A stretch of 61,112 nucleotides of DNA from the IMG/VR virus record IMGVR_UViG_3300032116_000195, positions 1 through 61,112 of that record; one strand, given 5' to 3'. This document shows positions 55,145 through 61,112 of this stretch, one piece after another; positions within the stretch are counted from its first letter, which is position 1, and every line of letters starts with the position of its first letter. Position numbers and translations under genes: made by a program. Under the pieces are notes generated by a model. The model saw only the letters and a list, made by a program, of their open reading frames with translations. It searched no databases and had not been told where the DNA came from. Source of the DNA: a virus. Lineage: Duplodnaviria > Caudoviricetes.

Positions 55145-55696
55145 ATGGTTTCTCCAACTAAGATTCTTATCAAGGTTAAGAAGCGATTTCAAGATGAGGT
55201 CGACTTCAATGGCGGTAAGATGTATATAGATCCGAGCTACCGTCCAGAGTGGAATGCATTCCCTTACGGAGAAGTCCACTCAGTTCCTTTACGCAATCCT
55301 TTTATCTCGGACGACTTCCATTGTAATGTTCAGGTTGGCGACAGGCTTTACGTCAACTATGTGGTCCTGACGGACGACTCCAATCATGTTGATGGCGACA
55401 TCTGGTGTGTTGACTATTATATGGCACTGGCTGCTGTTCGGGGGGATAAAGTTATTCCTGTTGGAGAACACATATTGATTGAGCCGATAGTAGAGGAGAA
55501 GAAGAGTACGATAGAAATACCAGAGATGTCCAAGAAAATTGTGGTGAATAGGGGTAAGGTATTCTCATCCAACGATCCGGAAATTCCGAACGGTTCAACT
55601 GTAAGCTTTGAGCATGTTGGGATGTTTGAAAATGAGATTGAGGGTAAGAAGCTCTTTGTAATGTATAACTCAAACATACTCTGCATACATGAATAA
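55145..55696 (+). CDS. GroES-like co-chaperonin (tandem domains)
   Basis: VQVGDRLY and IPVGEHILIEP...EIEGKKLFVM pattern. Confidence 0.6.
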   Translation: MVSPTKILIKVKKRFQDEVDFNGGKMYIDPSYRPEWNAFPYGEVHSVPLRNPFISDDFHCNVQVGDRLYVNYVVLTDDSNHVDGDIWCVDYYMALAAVRGDKVIPVGEHILIEPIVEEKKSTIEIPEMSKKIVVNRGKVFSSNDPEIPNGSTVSFEHVGMFENEIEGKKLFVMYNSNILCIHE

Positions 55697-56096
55697 GAAG
55701 GACGTAAAGTATATCAAGCAGATAGCTGATAGGCTTCCAGTGGTATTTGACCAGACTGTCTCTGGGTACTACGAGGATTATAATGAAGAGGGCGAGATGC
55801 AGGTGTTTCCAAACATAGTAAACCATCCGGTTAATCATGTTCGCAGGATGAGGAAGGCTTACGAGAGTCTGGGCATGGATGGGATTAGGACTTACTTGGA
55901 AATGATTCATAAACTTCAAATACAAAGAAATGAGAATTTTCGACAGCAAGAACTATCGGTGGTACCTGAAGATCTACGAACCGACACTGGATCTCTGGAT
56001 TCTGGAATTGACTCTGAGAATACCGTACTGGATAAAACGGGAGAGTCTGGAGTTGGTAAGAGAAAGAGAAGAAAGAACAATAAGGGAGATAACTGA
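55689..56096 (+). CDS. Hypothetical protein
   Basis: 135 aa, VNHVRRMRKAY..G..G. Confidence 0.55.
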   Translation: MNKKDVKYIKQIADRLPVVFDQTVSGYYEDYNEEGEMQVFPNIVNHPVNHVRRMRKAYESLGMDGIRTYLEMIHKLQIQRNENFRQQELSVVPEDLRTDTGSLDSGIDSENTVLDKTGESGVGKRKRRKNNKGDN

Positions 56097-56104
56097 GTTC
56101 TTTG

Positions 56105-56608
56105 ATGCTAGACTGCCAGACACCAAACGGAAAAAAGTTCATAAGTCACCAGCTAAGGACACAAAGGCTCCTAGAAAAAAAGGGGTATAAGTTCTTTAAC
56201 ATGTCATCAGACTCGTCAAAGGCTGATGTCCTGATAGCCAAGGAAGTTGAAGGAATGTTTGTACTGTGTGGAGTTGCCGAGATTAAGAGCCGTGAGATGG
56301 CTGGTAGTGTACCGCTGACTGTAGAATATCTCAGATCCAATGGCGGATATCTAATAACAAACGACAAGCTACTGTACGGATCTGATGCAAGTCAACTCTT
56401 TGGTGTACCATTTTTTATAATTGTCAACTTATTAATTGACAAAAAGATCCTGATCTGGAAAGTTACTGACGATCAGGGTCTTTATCTGTTTGACTTTGAG
56501 ACTAAGAATACGTCAACGCAGATGACCTGCAATGGCGGAACGATAACCAGACCAAACTCCTTCCTGCCTGTAGACAAGGCGACTATAATTGAGTACGAAG
56601 AATACTAA
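56105..56608 (+). CDS. PD-(D/E)XK-like nuclease
   Basis: ADVLIA...AEIKSR. Confidence 0.55.
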   Translation: MLDCQTPNGKKFISHQLRTQRLLEKKGYKFFNMSSDSSKADVLIAKEVEGMFVLCGVAEIKSREMAGSVPLTVEYLRSNGGYLITNDKLLYGSDASQLFGVPFFIIVNLLIDKKILIWKVTDDQGLYLFDFETKNTSTQMTCNGGTITRPNSFLPVDKATIIEYEEY

Positions 56609-56963
56609 CAGGATAGGGGATACCGCTGAGTTCCTGTTTGATGCCAGAGCGGTACAGAGGGGTTTTGTCGTTAACAGGCCAATACATTCTGGTACTATAT
56701 ACGACAGGGTTATTGAAAGTGGCGGTAAGTTCTTTAAGGTTCAGATCAAGTGTCTAACTAAGAATCATCACCGTGGTGGTGTTATAGTAAATCTAGTCAG
56801 AAAGAACAATGACAGCTACCCTACAGATAAGGTTGACGTCATAGCTGTTTACCTTCTTCACAGAGATAAGTGGCACTTCTTTAAAAACACAGGAAGTAGA
56901 AGTATATATATAGGTAGGAAGGATAAACAAGAAAACTGGGACATATTCTATGAGGAGGTTTAA
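56589..56963 (+). CDS. PD-(D/E)XK endonuclease (PDDEXK_5-like)
   Basis: IGDTAE...YDRVI...KVQIK...Y...VDVIAVY. Confidence 0.7.
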   Translation: MSTKNTNRIGDTAEFLFDARAVQRGFVVNRPIHSGTIYDRVIESGGKFFKVQIKCLTKNHHRGGVIVNLVRKNNDSYPTDKVDVIAVYLLHRDKWHFFKNTGSRSIYIGRKDKQENWDIFYEEV

Positions 56964-57219
56964 AATAACATACAAGCGTTTTAAGAAGGTCTGGGGATAT
57001 GCAGACCTTACTAAGAACGAAATCTCCATTGATGACCGTGCCAAGGGTAAGAAACATTTAGAGATTCTGATACATGAGACCGTACACCTTCTTTGGCCAG
57101 ACGCCAGCGAAGAGGAGGTTGTCAAGAAAAGCATCATCCTCACCAATACTCTGTGGCACGAAATGTACCGCAGGGTTGACGATAGAAATAATATACCACT
57201 TCAAGACGGAACAATATGA
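56950..57219 (+). CDS. Minimal zincin-like metallopeptidase
   Basis: ILIHETVH HExxH motif with a downstream E. Confidence 0.6.
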   Translation: MRRFKITYKRFKKVWGYADLTKNEISIDDRAKGKKHLEILIHETVHLLWPDASEEEVVKKSIILTNTLWHEMYRRVDDRNNIPLQDGTI

Positions 57220-57449
57220 AAGAGAGATTTACAAAACTTCCAGCATACTTCTACGAGGACGGTAGGATATGGTTCCATGACCTATGGATGAACCTGTTTC
57301 AGGTAGAAGGATTTATTGAGACAGACATTGAGTACAAGTCTCCTGAAGGAGATGAGGTTACTACCAACGGGACAAAGGTGTTCTGTAAGTCTGGTATGGA
57401 GTACGATGTATATATGCCTGTAGAGGAGTTCTTGGAGTTGATGTCATAA
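57216..57449 (+). CDS. Hypothetical protein
   Basis: 77-aa coupled ORF. Confidence 0.55.
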   Translation: MKERFTKLPAYFYEDGRIWFHDLWMNLFQVEGFIETDIEYKSPEGDEVTTNGTKVFCKSGMEYDVYMPVEEFLELMS

Positions 57450-57489
57450 TTCACCCCCTGTTTTCCACACCCCCGAACTTGGCCCATTC

Positions 57490-57497
57490 TAACTTTG
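57490..57497 (+). promoter_or_regulatory. Bacteroidota -7 promoter element
   Basis: TAACTTTG upstream of the glycosyltransferase-terminase cluster. Confidence 0.55.
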
Positions 57498-57504
57498 CTA
57501 TTGC

Positions 57505-58491
57505 ATGAAAGTGTTGTCCTACATCAAGGGGAACGATGGTTCCTCATATCATAGGGTAACCATGCCAAACCGAACTATCGATGCAGAGATCAGAGAGGTG
57601 GCAGAACTAACAGAGCCAGACTTGGCTTGGTGTGATATTCTACACTTCAGTAGGCACACAATAGTAGCTGCAAGATTTCTGGACGAACTAAAGAGGAAGC
57701 ATGGTTTTAAAGTCATTCTAGACAATGATGACTGGTGGGAGGTACATCCTGACCATCCGAAGTATTATCTATGGACCAAGAGTAATACTGCACTTCAGGT
57801 CAGGTCACACATGATGTATTCTGATGCAGTCACTTGTACGCACGAGCGGATGGCTGATGCGATCAGGGTTTACAACCCTAACGTGTACGTGATACCTAAC
57901 GCCTTAGATTATGGCAAGGGTCAGTTCAGGTACAAGAAACAAAAGACTAGTGATAAGGTTAGGTTGTTATACGCCAGCACTATCATGAACTATAGCAACA
58001 CGGCAATCATTGCCGGGGCGATGAAAAAGCTTAAACATCTCAACATTGAGATTGTGATAGCTGGTCATCACGACAGTCCGCTCTTTGACATACTGGTTAA
58101 GAACTTAACTGCAGACGGTGAGATACCTCACAGGTTTACGAAGTGGTCTAGTCCTGATAATTATATGTCAGGATACGAGGGCGATATCGGAATACTTCCG
58201 AGTAAGCCCACAAAATTTAACAGCTATAAGAGTAACCTGAAGGTATTAGAGTATGGAGCCCTAAAGATTCCAGCAGTGGTATCCGAATGTGATCCTTACT
58301 TAGGTATGGATGTCAACTATTTCAATGGCGAAAATTCTTTTGTCGAACATGTGACTCGCTTGGTTGAAGATCCTTTATATAGGGTTAAAAGAGGGGAGGA
58401 TTTATACAAATTCTGTAAGCATAATTATAACCTAGCTGACTACGCAGACCGTAGGCTATCGATATATAAAGAAGTATATGGACTACACTAA
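57505..58491 (+). CDS. Glycosyltransferase (GT-B, GT4-like)
   Basis: ILDNDD, DAVTCT, VIPNAL and DIGILP..FN..KSNLKVLEYGAL.IPAVVS. Confidence 0.8.
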   Translation: MKVLSYIKGNDGSSYHRVTMPNRTIDAEIREVAELTEPDLAWCDILHFSRHTIVAARFLDELKRKHGFKVILDNDDWWEVHPDHPKYYLWTKSNTALQVRSHMMYSDAVTCTHERMADAIRVYNPNVYVIPNALDYGKGQFRYKKQKTSDKVRLLYASTIMNYSNTAIIAGAMKKLKHLNIEIVIAGHHDSPLFDILVKNLTADGEIPHRFTKWSSPDNYMSGYEGDIGILPSKPTKFNSYKSNLKVLEYGALKIPAVVSECDPYLGMDVNYFNGENSFVEHVTRLVEDPLYRVKRGEDLYKFCKHNYNLADYADRRLSIYKEVYGLH

Positions 58492-59053
58492 GATGGAATT
58501 TGACCCAACTGTCAAGAAATCCTTGACAACTGTATATCCTAAACTTAAGGATATCGTTGGTTCGGGGGATGACAAGATGTTGAGATATGTATTATTAATG
58601 TACGATGTCAACAGTCCACTACGTCAAAACTATCCTGAGCTTGGTAAAAGAAAACAGTTTGCTGCATCGATGGCCGGATATGATTTGGCTAAGGATGATG
58701 TAACTGCTCTGTTTGATTTTAAGATCAATGAAGAGCCATACGAGGAATTGCTAGATATGATCATCAATTACCTAAAGTACCAGAACAACTGGGTTTGGGC
58801 GATGATCGTCAGCAATGAGCAGGCATTCTTTGAATACAATAGGAGGGTAATGATGCCAGTTGAAGGTAATAGGGATAAGGATATCCTTCAGGCCATCAGC
58901 ATCAAGACACAGATCATGAACTCACAAGACGAGATATATCAGCGCCTACTGAAATACTATCGAGACCTGAGCGGTGGAGACGCATCGCTTGAGGAGTCAA
59001 TCACCACAAGAAAAAGGTTAAGACCGGAATCAATAGCAAATGGAGTTGTATAA
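58478..59053 (+). CDS. Putative terminase small subunit
   Basis: Helical 191-aa protein in the position upstream of terL; function inferred. Confidence 0.4.
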   Translation: MDYTKMEFDPTVKKSLTTVYPKLKDIVGSGDDKMLRYVLLMYDVNSPLRQNYPELGKRKQFAASMAGYDLAKDDVTALFDFKINEEPYEELLDMIINYLKYQNNWVWAMIVSNEQAFFEYNRRVMMPVEGNRDKDILQAISIKTQIMNSQDEIYQRLLKYYRDLSGGDASLEESITTRKRLRPESIANGVV

Positions 59054-59654
59054 AAAATGTTCGACCTGTAAAGTGACTTTTAGTATTACCGATTTTAATA
59101 AAGATCGTAGAACTAAAGATGGCCATACGCCTCAGTGTAGGTATTGTAGGATAAAGGCAAAAAAGTTACACTACGATTCAAACAGGGAGAGAATATTGGC
59201 TGACAAAAAGAAAGAGTATAAAAAAACAGCTGATAAACAGAGAGCTAGAAGCATCAAATACTACTACGATAATAAAGATTCAGTAAGGAAAAGGCAAGCT
59301 AAATACCTGAAAGAATACAGATCTAGGGATGAGAATAGAATAATTCATAATGTAAGATCGAGGGTAAGATTTGTTTGTAAGGGTATTGAGTTACCCAAGA
59401 CAAAAATGAAATATCTAGGATGTACTGGTAGTGAGTTAAAGGCATACTTAGAAAGTCAGTTTATAGAAGGAATGACTTGGGATAATTATGGTACTGTTTG
59501 GCATGTTGATCATAAACTACCTCTGTCTTGGATAGATGTATATCATGAAGGAGATAGGTCGTTTGCGTTTTCATACAAGAATTTGCAGCCAATGTTTGCT
59601 GTGGATAATATTAGAAAAGGAGGAAGAAGGGCAGATGTTCAATCCAATAGATAA
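59040..59654 (+). CDS. HNH homing endonuclease (Zn finger plus endonuclease VII-like domain)
   Basis: CSTC..CRYC and WHVDHKLPLS...NLQPMFAVDNIRKG. Confidence 0.8.
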   Translation: MELYKKCSTCKVTFSITDFNKDRRTKDGHTPQCRYCRIKAKKLHYDSNRERILADKKKEYKKTADKQRARSIKYYYDNKDSVRKRQAKYLKEYRSRDENRIIHNVRSRVRFVCKGIELPKTKMKYLGCTGSELKAYLESQFIEGMTWDNYGTVWHVDHKLPLSWIDVYHEGDRSFAFSYKNLQPMFAVDNIRKGGRRADVQSNR

Positions 59655-61112
59655 CGGATCTACAGAAGAGATTCAGGGTCTTGTCTGTAACCTTCCGCCA
59701 GCCGGAAAGGTTTACAATGTTTTGACTGGACAGGTTGAACCAAGGCTGATACTATCAAGATCTCCCAAAGCAAAAGAACAATACTGGGAAACAGTTAAGC
59801 TCCCTAAAGATTATGTGAAGCTAAGAGAAAAGGAGACTGCCAGACAGATGGAAGATAAAGAGTTCTTCGATCCTGTACTAGAGCAGTTTAGAACTGAAGA
59901 GTGGGACAGGAGACTAAATGGAGTCTGGTTCTATAACAATGGCGTTCCAACCTATCTAACAGGCTTACACTACTTCTACTTAAACTATTGGAATCTAGAT
60001 ACTGGCGTACCAAAGTACAGGGATACAGACAGGAAGTACTTCTACTTCTTGCAGTACTGTATAGAAGACCCTGAGTGTTTTGGTATGGTAGAGATTACTA
60101 AACGTAGGCAGGGTAAGACATTCAGGGGTGGAGTATTCCTCTACGAATATACCTCTAGGACTAAGAATGCAAGAGCAGGTGTACAGTCCAAAACTGGCTC
60201 GGACGCCAAGGAGGTTTTTCGTAAAGCAATAATCCAACCATTTAAGAAACTACCCGACTTCTTTGTTCCGGTGTACGATCAGTCAAAGGGATTGACTCCA
60301 ACATCAGAGCTTAGGTTTTTTAATACGGTAGTAAAAGGTAAGAAGGCTGCCAGCATTTTGGACGAGGATGAGCTGGAAAGTATGATCGACTGGAAGTCAT
60401 CAGATGCTATATCGTATGACGGTCAGAAGTTGCAAAGATACTTAGGTGATGAGGTTGGTAAGACGGCAGAGATAAATGTGTGGGAAAGATATCTGGTGAC
60501 TAGGTATTGTCACTTGGATGATGAAGGTAAGATCATAGGTAAGTGTCTTCTGACAACAACAGTCGAAGACATGGAACAGGGTGGTGCGCCTTTTAAGAAG
60601 ATCTGGGATAACTCGGATCATACCAAGAAGACTGGCAAGAGGACTCCTTCAGGATTGTATAGGTACTTCTGTCCATCGGATCATACTAGGTACTACGATC
60701 AGTATGGACTGGCGGATAGAGACAAAGCTCTGGAGGAGATACTGGACGAGAGGAAGCTACTGACAAATGACCCCCGAGCTCTCAGCGCTGTGATCCGTAA
60801 GGAGCCACTAAGTTGGGAGGAGGCGTTCAGGATAGACGGATCTAAATGTCTGTACAACGCCATGAAGCTGAATGAAAGGCTTGACAGGTTAAGCTGGAAA
60901 GAGAACCTAACAACAAGGGGAAACTTTGTTTGGCAGAATGGGGAGAGAGATACCAGAGTAATCTGGGAACCAAACAGGCAAGGACGATGGGAGATTGTAA
61001 AGCTCTTTGATACTGACGAAGAAAGTAACAGGTATGTTAAAAAGGGTGAAAGCTACTACCCGAACAACAGTGGATTTGTAATGGGTGTTGACCCTATCGA
61101 CCACAACCAAAC
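59635..61112 (+). CDS. terL: Terminase large subunit (partial, runs off window; not in ORF track)
   Basis: ATG at 59635; YLTGLHYFYLN, Walker A KRRQGKT, Walker B DEVGK, and nuclease start GVDPIDH at the window end. Confidence 0.9.
   Translation, partial: MFNPIDNGSTEEIQGLVCNLPPAGKVYNVLTGQVEPRLILSRSPKAKEQYWETVKLPKDYVKLREKETARQMEDKEFFDPVLEQFRTEEWDRRLNGVWFYNNGVPTYLTGLHYFYLNYWNLDTGVPKYRDTDRKYFYFLQYCIEDPECFGMVEITKRRQGKTFRGGVFLYEYTSRTKNARAGVQSKTGSDAKEVFRKAIIQPFKKLPDFFVPVYDQSKGLTPTSELRFFNTVVKGKKAASILDEDELESMIDWKSSDAISYDGQKLQRYLGDEVGKTAEINVWERYLVTRYCHLDDEGKIIGKCLLTTTVEDMEQGGAPFKKIWDNSDHTKKTGKRTPSGLYRYFCPSDHTRYYDQYGLADRDKALEEILDERKLLTNDPRALSAVIRKEPLSWEEAFRIDGSKCLYNAMKLNERLDRLSWKENLTTRGNFVWQNGERDTRVIWEPNRQGRWEIVKLFDTDEESNRYVKKGESYYPNNSGFVMGVDPIDHNQ

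Noticed and set aside
55930-56190. 86-aa ORF overlapping 55689-56096 and 56105-56608
   Set aside because: Almost fully overlapped by two other genes; it could be real but cannot be supported without homologs
1-61112. Stop-codon reassignment
   Set aside because: Long genes are intact in the standard code, TAG and TGA are used as normal stops, and no suppressor tRNA was seen

Overview
The window is most of a tailed dsDNA phage genome, probably infecting a Bacteroidota host (A/C-rich leaders without Shine-Dalgarno sequences, TAnnTTTG-type promoters, a DUF4846 gene). It is cut inside the head/packaging module: it starts with the 3' end of a likely major capsid gene and ends inside the terminase large subunit. 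Plus strand 1-34011 carries structural genes (modular tail fibres, adaptor/ring proteins, an apparently split nozzle, ejection proteins including a 3051-aa polyvalent protein) and lysis genes. Minus strand about 34700-52900 carries replication/recombination genes (dNMP kinase, resolvase-like nuclease, primase-helicase, initiator, YqaJ exonuclease, ERF annealase), an integrase with an attP-like region containing a dif-like XerD arm, and small early genes; the XRE repressor in this stretch is on the plus strand. Plus strand 54007-end leads into terminase. The most unusual part is 48560-52110 (minus strand): an operon of tiny genes whose spacers hold two canonical hammerhead ribozymes and five anticodon-less tRNA-like RNAs, each followed by the same AC-rich translation leader. 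This suggests an RNA-processing system that cuts the early transcript into units of one to three genes. Other oddities are a strongly over-represented GNTCGGGGG motif (about 40 copies by eye), two further large structured non-coding regions, a kissing-loop leader and a stack of DNA palindromes. All calls were made by eye from motifs; no database searches or folding programs were run.
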